Assembly (NCBI RefSeq): GCF_009914755.1
Contig: NC_060929.1
Length of the DNA stretch: 64,000 nt
Direction: 5' to 3' (one strand)
From: the human T2T-CHM13v2.0 reference genome, Homo sapiens
The notes beneath the pieces are model-generated. The model saw nothing but the letters and a program-made list of their open reading frames with translations. It was not told where the DNA came from and did not search any database. The position numbers were made by a program, and so were the translations under genes. Shown here piece by piece: positions 1 to 15,137 of this stretch. Within the stretch, counting starts at the first letter, position 1. Each line of letters begins with the position of its first letter.

Positions 1-1865
1 GCATCAGCAAAAAGATCATATTCAAGGAAAGAGGCTCTCAACACAAGCAGCAAAGGCCAAATGTCAAAGGACAAGAGAGATTATTTGTTTATTCTCTGTC
101 AATAATATCATTTTCAAAATGGTAAATTCAAACATCACACAGTTTCTCAGGTATCATCCCTTCTGCCACGGTAAGAAAGCCACTACTTTGTAACAGAGCA
201 AAAGAAAACATAAATCATGGGGTTCAAATGACATTATCAAAAGACAATTTACATACCAACAACTGCGGTAGGGGAAGATGAGACAAAGATGATTTAAACC
301 CAGATTTTCATCATTGAAAAGTACATGTCTATGGTGTTCATGCAGCCATGTTAGAGGGCTATGGGTATATAGAATTCTACTTATTAAAATACAGACTTTA
401 CAATGTAGCAGGGTAAAATAAAACCATGGTCACACCATCCCCGAGGGTGTGATTAAGGGCTGTTTTAATTCATTCTTTTCTGATCTTAGACTCTCACAGA
501 ACATCATAGTGAGGTATATGGGCATATGATCATTTTCAAACAAGAATTTTAAAGCTCTGTCCTGCTTTTCTTTTTACCTCTTGATTGAAGAGGTTTGGTT
601 TCTGATAACCTCAAAAGAGAACAACTCAAGGCAAGTCAATTTTTTAAAAACCTGATATATGAAGGAGATATTGGAAAAGGAAGCCGTGTCAGCCATTGCT
701 GGCAATTTTTGTGGAGGCCAGTGGGCAGCTGAAGTAATTGCCTCGATTTTCTGTCACTTCCAGCCCAACTCTGCCCACCTTTAATCAATCTCAGTCTGGA
801 TCCCCAGAATGATAAGCATAGCTATTCCACTTTCCAACTCCCCATCTTAAAAACAAAGCCACCCTCAAGCAGTTTCCTCTACTGGCTTTCCAAATAGAAC
901 CTGCTGTACCTCACACACAAAGATAATCCTCCTTGCAAGCAACCCCAGAGCCTCATCAGCCATTAAGCATTTGCTTCCATTCAGTTGTCAAACTGTGTTA
1001 ATGAGTTTATACAGACCTAGGCCATTCCATTCCCAGATTCTTCAAAGGCCTCAAGACCACACATAAATGAGAATATCAATATGGGAAGGTATCTCATAAA
1101 ACCAGGAAATTCAATAAGAAAAGCTAACGTACAAAACTTTCCAACTCGTTATATGAGGCCAGTATTACCATTATAATGAAACTAGACAAAACATCACGGG
1201 AAAAGAAAACTACAAACAAGTATCTCTTGTGAATACAGACACACAAATCTTAAGCAAAATACTACCAAACTGAATACAGCAGCACATGAGAAGAATGAGA
1301 CACCACAATCAAGTGGGAGGCATCCCAGGAAAGCCAGGTTGGCTTATCACCCCAAATCAATTAGAATAAAAGAATAAAATGACATGATTATGTTAATAGC
1401 TACAGAAAAAGCATGTGACAAAATTCAACACCATTTCATGATAAAAACACTCAGCAAACTAAGATTAGAAGAGACCTTCTTTACTCTGATAAAAAGCATC
1501 TATAAAAACCCAACAGCTAACATCTTCCTCAATAGTGAAAGACTGAATGCTTCCTACTGAGATTAGGAAGACAAAGATCTGCTCTCAATACTTCTATTCA
1601 GTATTGTACTGGAGGCTCTAGCTAGGGGAACTAAGTTAAGAAAATGAAATTAAAAGGATTACACGGGAAGAAGTAAAACTACTGCTATTTGTAGATGATA
1701 TTATTTCAAAAATAACAAAATCCTAAGGAATCCACTAAAAGACTATTAGACCTAATGAACAGGAGCAACAAGGTTGGAGGTCATAAAACCAATACACAAA
1801 AATTGACTGTATTTCCAAACACTTGCAATGAACAACCTGAAAATGAAATTCAGAAAATAATTCCA

Positions 1866-2252
<387 letters not shown>

Positions 2253-2343
2253 CTATAAAACATTATTGAAAAAATTTAAAAAGACAGATAAATGGAAAGA
2301 CATCCAAGTTCATGAATCAGAAAACTTAAGATTAAGATGGTAA

Positions 2344-2396
2344 GCCTGGGCAACATAGCAAGAGCCCTGTCTCTATTTAAAAAAAAAAAAAAAAAA
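2344..2396 (+). mobile_element. 5'-truncated Alu/FLAM 3' end with A tail
   Basis: gcctgggcaacatagcaagagccctgtctc plus poly(A); TTAAGATGGTAA repeated on both sides. Confidence 0.8.
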
Positions 2397-2411
2397 GGTT
2401 AAGATGGTAAT

Positions 2412-3086
2412 CATCAACCTAAATGCCCTTCAGTGATAGACTACATAAAGAAAATGTGGGGCCAGGCACGGTGACTCAGGCCTGTAATCCCAGCACTTTG
2501 GGAGCCCAAGGCAGATGGATAACTTGAGGCCAGGAGTTGGAGACCAGCCTGGCCAACATGGCGAAACCTCGTCTCTACCAAAAATATAAAAATTAGCCAG
2601 GCATGCTGGCGCACACCTGTAATCCCAGCTACTCAGGTGTCTGAGGCGTGAGAATCGCTTGAACCCAGGAGGCGGAGGTTGCAGTGAGCTGAGATCATGC
2701 CACTGCACCGCAGCCTGGGCAGCAGAATGAGATACTGTCTCGAAAAAAAAAATGTGGTACTTACACACCATGGAATACTATGCAGCCATAAAAGCGAATG
2801 AGATCATGTCCTTTGCAGGGACATGGATAGAGCTGGAGGCCATTATCCTTAGCAAACTAACACAGGAACAGAAAACCAAATACCACAGGTTACATGGACA
2901 CATAGAGGAGAACAACACACACTAGGGCCTTTCGGAAGGTGGAGAACAAAAGGAGGGAGAGGATAAGGAATAATAACTAATAGCTATTAGGCTTAATACT
3001 TGGGTGATAAAAAATCTGTACAACAAACCCCCATGACACAAGTTTACCTATGTAACAAACTGCACTTTAAATAAACATTTTTTAAA
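2412..3086 (+). mobile_element. L1PA-like 3' fragment containing an AluS (2460-2751)
   Basis: ccatggaatactatgcagccataaaa...caaacccccatgacacaagtttacc; Alu TSD AAAATGTGG. Confidence 0.85.
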
Positions 3087-4248
3087 AAGATGGTAATGAT
3101 TCCCAAATTGATCTACAGAATCAACATAATGCCTATCAAAATCCCCACTGACTTATTTGCAGAAATTGACAAGCTAATCCAAAAATTCGTGTGGAAATGC
3201 AATAAACTCAGAATAGCTAAAACTTCATCAAAAGTTTAGTACTGCAAAGGACGTCATCAAGAGAGAGAAAAGACAATTCACAGAATGAAAAAAATTTTTG
3301 CAAATCTGATAAGGAATTTGTATCTGAGAATATATTTAAAAACTACTATAACTCAATAATTTAGAATAACCCAATTAAAAATGGGAAAAGGATCTGAATA
3401 GATATTTCTCTGAAGAAGATGAACAAATAGTCAATAAGCACATGAAAAGATGCTCAATTTCATGAGCCCTGAGGGAAAGGCAAATCAAAACCATAATGAG
3501 ATAATACTTCATATTCACTAGAATAGAAGGGCTAGAATAAAAAAGACAGACAATAACAAGTGTTGACAAAAATGTGAAGACATTGGATCCCTGCTATATT
3601 GCTGCTGGGAATATAAAATGGTACAGCCACTTCAGAAAACAGTCTGGCAGTTCCTTAAAAGGTTAAACAGAGTTACCATATGACCCAGCAATTCTACTCC
3701 TAAGTATATACCCAAGCAAAATCAAAATATATGTCCAAACAAAATCTGTACACAAATATTCAAAGCAGCATTATTCACCAGCCAAAAAGTGGAAACAATC
3801 CATGTGCCCATTAACTGATGAACAGATACATAAAATATGATATGCCCATATCATGGAATATTATTTAGCAATAAAAACAATGAAGTATTGACACATACTA
3901 TACTATGGACAAATCCTGAAAACATGCTAAGTAAAAGAAGACAATCACAAAGAACTGATTTATATGATGCCTTTCATATAAAATGTTCAGAAGAGACAAA
4001 TCCATAGAGGTTGAAAATAAATTGGTGGTTGCCTAGGATTGGGCAGGCTAAGGAACATGGGAAGAGATTACTAATGAGTACAGGGTTTCTCTTTGGGGTA
4101 ATGTCAATGTTGCAAAATTAGATGATGGCCATGGATACACAATTTTGTGAACATACTAAAAACCACTGAATTGTATGCTTTAAATGAGTAAACTGTATAG
4201 TACGTGAATTATATATCAATCAGGTTGTTTATTAAAAATCAACTTTAC

Positions 4249-4309
4249 CTCGAGGGAGTTGGGTCATCTTGGCCAAGGCGTGACATGATATTTATCAAGG
4301 TGTTAATCC
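4249..4309 (-). CDS. DROSHA: DROSHA exon, 61 nt, (G)INTLINIMSRLGQDDPTPS(R)
   Basis: aaatag|GG...CTCGAG|gtaaag; phase 1-2. Confidence 0.97.
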
Positions 4310-4552
4310 CTATTTAAAATAAAAAACAAATACACAAGTAAATACGGATAGAAGAATTATAGGACCATCATATTACAGTAGAAAAAAATTATCTCATCTC
4401 AATGTGATTTTAAAAGGTTTGGAATCTACCTGTCTAAAAGTGTGATAAACAATTATTTAAAACACTGGATAGGAAAAAGAAATTTCTCTAAAAAACTCAT
4501 CAACCCTTATTATAGTTCTTGCTCAAAGTAAGTATTATAAAAGAGTCTGTGG

Positions 4553-4922
<370 letters not shown>

Positions 4923-4982
4923 TTACAACAGAAAACACAGGCCAAAATAGGAGATTCACATCTTAAAATCATCCAGACATAC

Positions 4983-5121
4983 CTTTCTTCCGCATGTGCA
5001 TGTGATGAACTTTTCTGTCTCCGTATTTGGGCTGCCGAATTCCACAGTTAGATAATGAATTCCTGGCATGATCAGGATTCATTCCAAAATTTAAATGATG
5101 ACTTGGATGAGTCATGGCCAG
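4983..5121 (-). CDS. DROSHA: DROSHA exon, 139 nt, LAMTHPSHHLNFGMNPDHARNSLSNCGIRQPKYGDRKVHHMHMRKK(G) (RIIIDa, Bump helix)
   Basis: ttttag|CTG...AGAAAG|gtatgt; phase 0-1; LAMTHPS is the RNase III start motif. Confidence 0.98.
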
Positions 5122-5165
5122 CTAAAATTTCAATGAAATAAGTTCAGTCTTTAAAACAGCATAAA

Positions 5166-5452
<287 letters not shown>

Positions 5453-5560
5453 TCAGCATGGGAGCACCATCTTTGTATCATCCCAAATTAAGCAGGAAAG
5501 GGAGCTGTCTATCCAGTTGAATTCTAAGCCCTGATCTTTCCATCTTATCTCCCCAAGTAT

Positions 5561-7026
<1,466 letters not shown>

Positions 7027-7234
7027 TCAATTTCTTTAGGGACGGTCTCACATAAATGTAAGAGAATGGGCTGGAAAGCAGCAGAGGCAACCAGGGTAGA
7101 GCAATGGAGAGAACTATGTTTCTAACAATCCTTGTCACATCCCAGGATAGAGAACCCAATGTACCATTTGTGACCTGCAAGATGAATTACTCCTATCTTG
7201 TTATTATGTGAGTTTACAGGAGAATAATTCTTAC

Positions 7235-7342
7235 CTGCAACAGACAACGATCTTGGAAAGTATATCCTATCAACTTGTCCAAATGCATTAGGCATTGGTG
7301 GTAGCGGATATGATGGGTCAGAACAGGTAGCATCATTGCATG
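7235..7342 (-). CDS. DROSHA: DROSHA exon, 108 nt, HAMMLPVLTHHIRYHQCLMHLDKLIGYTFQDRCLLQ (connector / start of RIIIDa)
   Basis: tcctag|CAT...TTGCAG|gtaaga; phase 0-0. Confidence 0.97.
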
Positions 7343-7509
7343 CTAGGAAAAAAAAAATTCAATATGTTTAACTTTATAAAAACTTATAAAGTCACTTCAT
7401 TTATTTTACAACAAGCCAGAACCATTTTCACATTCCAAATTCCATCTCACTAAGTCCTGAAACAGCTTATTGGCTGCATGGCATTCTGGAGAATCCTCTG
7501 TGAGAGACT

Positions 7510-7722
7510 GTAGCTGTTAAGAGTATATAGTCTCTAGAATCAGAATGCCTGGGTCTAAATCCTGCTCTGCCACTCATTCACTGTGTGACCTGGGGCAAGT
7601 TATCTTACCTCTCTGCCTCAGTTTCCTCACCCGCACAATGAGAATAATAAATATACCTACTTCCGAGGATAGCTAAAAGGATTAAAAGAGGAAATACAAA
7701 AATCTTCTTAGAACAAGGCCTG
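7510..7722 (+). mobile_element. MIR
   Basis: MIR core ctgtgtgacctggggcaagtta...cctcagtttcctc. Confidence 0.8.
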
Positions 7723-8906
7723 TTAGCCCTCATTCCATTAGGAATAGCCCTGGTTCTATCAGTATTCAGCAGGGTAGCTTCGAGTAAGTCACATGCATTT
7801 CTGTGCCTCCTTGTCTATCTTTAATTAAAAGGGAATGGATTAGGATTCATTCATTCTGAAACTTTTTTAGGGTCAAGATATTTTTGGGAATCCAAGGAAA
7901 ATGACTCTTTCCCCAGAAAAATGTCCCTGTGCACAAACATGCAAAAGTTGTACACAAGTTTAATGGGTTCACAAACCCCTAAAGCCCACGACTATCCTTG
8001 AAGAGCTTCTCAACCAGATATGCCACCCTAAGTTTGACATTTAATGATCTAACATTCTGAAGACAATTTTTATAAAGCCACCAGTATAGTTAAGGTACCC
8101 AAGGACACAGAATTTAAATTTTTCCTTCAATCCCTTTTCATTTGGCTATAAATTCCTTATTGGGAGATAATTTCATGGAAGTCATATCTTTTTCTTTTCC
8201 TTAATACTATTTCGCAAGAACACAAGAGAATGTAAGGAGTCATTCTTATTCATCAGAACCTGGAGGATGGACCCAGCCCACAGAATGATTGACATATGCT
8301 TTATATTATTTCAGTCTTTGAAGTGTTTTAAGCTGGTATTGTTTAAAAATACATGAAAATGGATTTGCTTGAAACTATAGAAATTAGTTATGTTATTAAC
8401 TTATAAAGAAAGATTCATTCTACCAAATAGGATCTCTAATCAACAAAAAAATCTTTCTTGCCAGTTCAATTCAGTAAGTATATAATTGAGCACCTCCACG
8501 TGTAAGGCCTTACAATATGTGTGGAAGACAGAAAAGGTAAAGACATTGTTTTTGCCATTAAAGCTAGAAATATGCCATTAGGATTTGAATTATCGGCACT
8601 TTATCCACTTTGCTTTTATAAGTGCTGTGCTGATAAACACAACAATATGGAAACAACATGCACAACCAAAGTCTAATAGTTTTCCAGACATTTAAACTGC
8701 AGGAAGCTCAAGAGTTGATGCTAAAAACTCAAGGTGGATAGGACATGGGTTAGGACATGAAGACTATTCAGTGCAACTGCCTTTCTAAAGCATGAACTCA
8801 ACCTGGTGAATTGTTTACTTTTTTAATATTTCCTATGAGAGATGAATCGCTGCCTGTCAGGAAAATAAAACCCTCTTTAGAGTTTGCTGATTATTAAAAA
8901 ATTACC

Positions 8907-9205
8907 TTTATTTTTGAGACAGGGTCTCACTCTGTCACCCAGGCTAGAGTGCAGTGACACAATCACAACTCACTGCAGCCTCGACCTTCCAGGCTCAAGA
9001 GATCCTCCCACCTCAGCCACCAAACCCCAGTAGCTGGGACTACAGGCATGCAGCACCACACTCTGCTAATATCTGTGTTTTTTTGTAAAAATGAGGTTTC
9101 GCCATGTTGCCCAGGTTGGTCTTAAACTCCTGGGCTCAAGGGATCAGCCTGTCTCAGCCTCCCAAAGTGCTAAGATTACATAGGTGTGAGCCACTGCGCC
9201 AGGCC
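8907..9205 (-). mobile_element. AluJ-like
   Basis: Reverse-complement dimer; AAAATTAC on both sides. Confidence 0.9.
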
Positions 9206-10360
9206 CGAAAATTACTATTAACTTTAAGCCCAAATCTGTATCTTTGGAAGTTTTATCCCTTTAATCCTAGTTCTACTCAGAAACAAAATGCATTTAATGG
9301 CAGGCTTTCCACATCTTGTTTTAGCTAACCTACACTTTACTTCCTTGCTTCCTTTAACCTTTTCTCATGTAAAACAGCTTTGAATCCCTTAACCACTTCC
9401 TCTAAACCTGCTCCAAACAAAGCCTGTTTCTCCTTCCAAATAACCCTTTCGTGAGTACCTTGGAAGGGTATAGATGACCCGTGTCCATCTTGAATCCCAG
9501 ACATCAAGTCTCAATGTTACCTACAAGACTTTAAATTTCTAACTCAGTTTTTAAAAGTATCAATCTTTGCAATATAAAAATACAATCATCTTTATGTCTG
9601 GCATCTTTATGTCTGCCAACTGCTTTAATTAAAAAAAAAAAAAAACCCTCAAATTCTCCCATAAAAATAGAGCAACTAGACTAGCAAAATGAAAGACCAA
9701 TGAATATTATCTACATAAAAACTAAATGACAAGGCACCCTCTTGAGTCCCTAAATAAGAGTGTATGAGGAGAAAGAGCTATGTCTCAGCATCTGTGTGAG
9801 AGAAGAGAGGCACAGGCCCTGATAATGGAAGAAACTCAAAATTAACAACACATGTTCACCGCAAATAACCCAAACTGGAGAGAGCTCTGCCGAATCTAAT
9901 TCACTGAGTGAATACGGGAGGACAGTTTAACTATGCTTAAGACACCTGGGACCTACAAACACTGAAAACACAAAAAAACAAAAACTGAAGCTCCCTGCAA
10001 GGTAGAAGCCCTACAACCAGGAGAAAGTGTTGGGAGTGAAAGCCACATTTCGCAAGAGAGGGAAACGAAAGGCAAAAGAGAGGAGGCCCAGACAAAAGCA
10101 GAGGGGGCAGATTTTAGTGTGAAGCCATATTATTTCTTTTATCACTGCAAAAATAACAGGAGGAGGAGCTCCAGAACCATGAAAAACTATCCTGGCTTAT
10201 ACCTCCTTTCTAAAAGTACAGGAAACTATTTCATTTGGTTTATTTAATTTTTAAGTTTCTTAAACAGCAACAGAAAAGAATCACGATCAAATCCCATTCA
10301 AAGATTTTTCTAAGAAGAGGAGTAGAATAACATCCTTGCTGATAATAAAAACATTCCAGA

Positions 10361-11870
<1,510 letters not shown>

Positions 11871-12162
11871 AGGGGAGGTGGGAGATTGATAATGACATGA
11901 TCTGATGATTACTTGCAAATATATTTTTATTGGTAGATAATCACAAGTGAGTCAATATAAGAAATAATTAAACATTCTAACATTGATTAGTACAACCATC
12001 AGAAAACAAGGGGAGAATAAGAAATACATAAAGAGTAGGATGAGGTTGCTGTCTGCCTTATTAACTTGCAACAAAAGGATATCACTTCAAATTAGGTGCC
12101 AGGTGAGAGAGAGGATTATGGGAAGAAGCAGAGAGAAGCTATTTTTACTAAAAGACAACAAG

Positions 12163-12164
<2 letters not shown>

Positions 12165-12200
<36 letters not shown>

Positions 12201-12209
12201 ACACACACA
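12165..12209. repeat. (CA)n microsatellite, one interruption
   Basis: Direct reading. Confidence 0.95.
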
Positions 12210-12446
12210 GAGAGAGGAAGAGAAGTAAGGGAGAAATGTAATTATACTATAAAGTTGTCAGTATAAAGGTAATCATTAGAATAAAAATACAAGCCTTCCC
12301 GAATACAAAGGATATGAAGAGGAAAAAACAAAGCCAATATAATGGATTTCATAGTAACCACTAACATAAAACTGTTTGACAGACAGAAAGCCAAACATAT
12401 CAATAAGCTCTATATATTACTACAGAGTGATCTCCCAGACACATGG

Positions 12447-12697
12447 TTTTGTTGTTGTTGTGGTTTGGTTTTGTTTTTTAGAGACAGGGTTTCACTCTGT
12501 CGCCCAGGCTGGAGTACAGTAGTACAATCATAGCTCACTGCAGCCCCAAACTCCTGGGCTCAAGTGATCCTTCCACATCAGCCTCCTTAGTGGCTAGGAC
12601 AACAGGTGTGCACCACCACACCTGGCTAAGTTTGCAATCCTCCTGCCTTGACCTTCCAAAGCACTGGAATTTAAGGTCTGAGCCATCACACCTGGTC
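12447..12697 (-). mobile_element. AluJ-like with internal deletion
   Basis: Reverse Alu; CCAGACACAT on both sides. Confidence 0.85.
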
Positions 12698-12813
12698 CAG
12701 ACACATTGTTAAGTGAACAAAATCTCAGTAGAGAAAAGTGTAAGATACCACCATTCATACAAGAAAGAGGAAAACAAAGAAAAACACATATATATTTGCT
12801 TTCATAAAAATAG

Positions 12814-13128
<315 letters not shown>

Positions 13129-13308
13129 GGTCAAGCCATTTTTAAAAGATAGTTACCTGTCCGGGGTGGGTGGCAAGAAAAGGATACAAGCAACAGAGAT
13201 AGAAGTTAGACTTAAAAAAAGTACACTTGACCCTGTAAATCTGATTGCAGAGTCATGTAAACATTTTACATAATTATAAAACAATCTTTCATTTTTAAAA
13301 GGAACCTA

Positions 13309-13615
13309 GGCCAGGCACAGTGGCTCATGTCTGTAATCCCAGCACTCTGGGTGGCCGAGGCAAGAGGATCACTTGAACCTAGGAGTTTGAGACGAGCCTG
13401 GGCAACAAAACTAGACCCCATCTCTACAAAAAATTGAAAAATTAGCCAGGCATGGTGGCACATGCCTGTGGTCCCAGCTACTTGGGAGGCTGAGGTGGGA
13501 GGATGTGTTGGGCCTAGAAGTTCAAGGCTGTAGTGAGCCATGATCGCAGTGTCACTGTACTCCAGCCTAGGTGACACAGCAAGACCCTGACTCAATCAAT
13601 CTGTCAGTCAGTCAA
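13309..13615 (+). mobile_element. AluJ-like with TCAA/TCAG tail
   Basis: Dimer. Confidence 0.9.
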
Positions 13616-13754
13616 TGGAACTCTTAAAATCAAAAGTAAAATGAAACAAATGAATTCTGTGTATCCAGTTTGTGGCATAACCACGGGATACAGAAAATTG
13701 AGTGTAAATCCCCAGTGAGATACAGCTATAGATAATCAAAGACAAAAATGAACA

Positions 13755-13976
13755 CAGACAGTCCCCAACTTACAATGGTAAGACTTACGATTTTTTGACT
13801 TTACAATGACATGTAAACAATATTAATTCAGTATGCTTCTTGACTGATGATATGCTGTGTCCCAATAAACCTATCATAAACTGAAAATTCAACTTATGAT
13901 CTTATGATATTTTCAACCTACTCTGGGTTTACGGGTTTACTGGGATGTAACCCCATTGTAAGTCAAAGACCATCTG
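13755..13976. mobile_element. Tigger-family MITE (MER47/Tigger5-like)
   Basis: Terminal inverted repeats cagacagtccccaacttacaatgg / ccattgtaagtcaaagaccatctg, followed by TA. Confidence 0.75.
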
Positions 13977-14328
13977 TACTCCCAAACAAACAAGCAACTA
14001 TTTTCCATCACCATATTGGTGGTGGTGCTGTTAAATTGCTAATCTGGGACTACTTGTTGTATGTTATGGAATAAATCAAATGAGTAATTTTTGGTGCTGT
14101 CCCACAGGATCTTCATCTCAGGGTAATCAAATAGTTGATGAGGAAAAGATCCTTTTCCAAAAGTATTTTAAGTAATAAATGAAGAAAGACAGAATTTGAA
14201 TATCATTTTGGCAGACCCTGGGTCTACATAACGATCCATCAGTGACCAATAATGTCACGTACAAATAAAGAGAGTCCTCACCACCAGCTATGAAAATATC
14301 TTGCAAAAAAACTGAACTTAAATCTGGT

Positions 14329-14522
14329 CAGTGCTATTCAACAGAACACTCTATGATGATGGAAATATCCTATTATCTGTGCTGTTGTAATGGGCAGTAG
14401 CCACATGTGTCTACTGAGCACTCAAAGTGTGGTGAGGGCAACTGAGAGGCAGAATTTTTAATTTCATTTAATTAATTTAAATTTAAATAGCCACATGCAA
14501 CCAGTGATACTGGGCAGTGCAG
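14329..14522. mobile_element. MER3-like hAT MITE
   Basis: gatgatggaaatatcc...tagccacatgtg...aatttaaatagccacatg. Confidence 0.75.
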
Positions 14523-14949
14523 TTTTAGATCTAACTACCAATTTATAGGAAACACAAGGGGCAGAAGTACCTGGTAAATGACACCAGAAAGTTGCAATCA
14601 GCAAAACTCAGACTACACTGTAGGAACTCTACAGGACACATAATCCAATTTCTTCAACAACAAATGTTTGCAAGGGAAAAAAAGGAGAAATGGAGTGAGA
14701 ACCTACAGATTAAAGAGACTTAAACAACATCAACTAATCACAATGTATAGATTTCACATGGATCCAAATTCAAACAGACTAAAATAAATTTAACAGACAA
14801 TGAGAAAAATGTAAACATTGACTAGGTATTTGATGATATTACAGAAATGCTTCTGAAAACAGTTGAAGCTAAGTGATAGTTCAGAGTTCATTATACTTTT
14901 CTCTTGCATCTTGTATGTTTTAAATTATTCCTAATAAAATATAATACTA

Positions 14950-15137
14950 GCCAGATGAGGTGACATGCACCTGTAGTTCCAGCTATAGGAGGCTGAAGCA
15001 GGAGGGTTGCTTAAGCCCAGGAGTCCAATGCAAAAAGGCCAGAGTGCACTATTATTGCACCTGCAAATAGCCACTGGATTCCAGCCTGGGCAACACAGCA
15101 AGACTCCCATGTCTTAAAAAAAAAAAAAAAAAAAAAA
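14950..15137 (+). mobile_element. FAM (fossil Alu monomer)
   Basis: Monomer with FAM-type cacctgcaaatagccactg segment and A tail. Confidence 0.75.
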
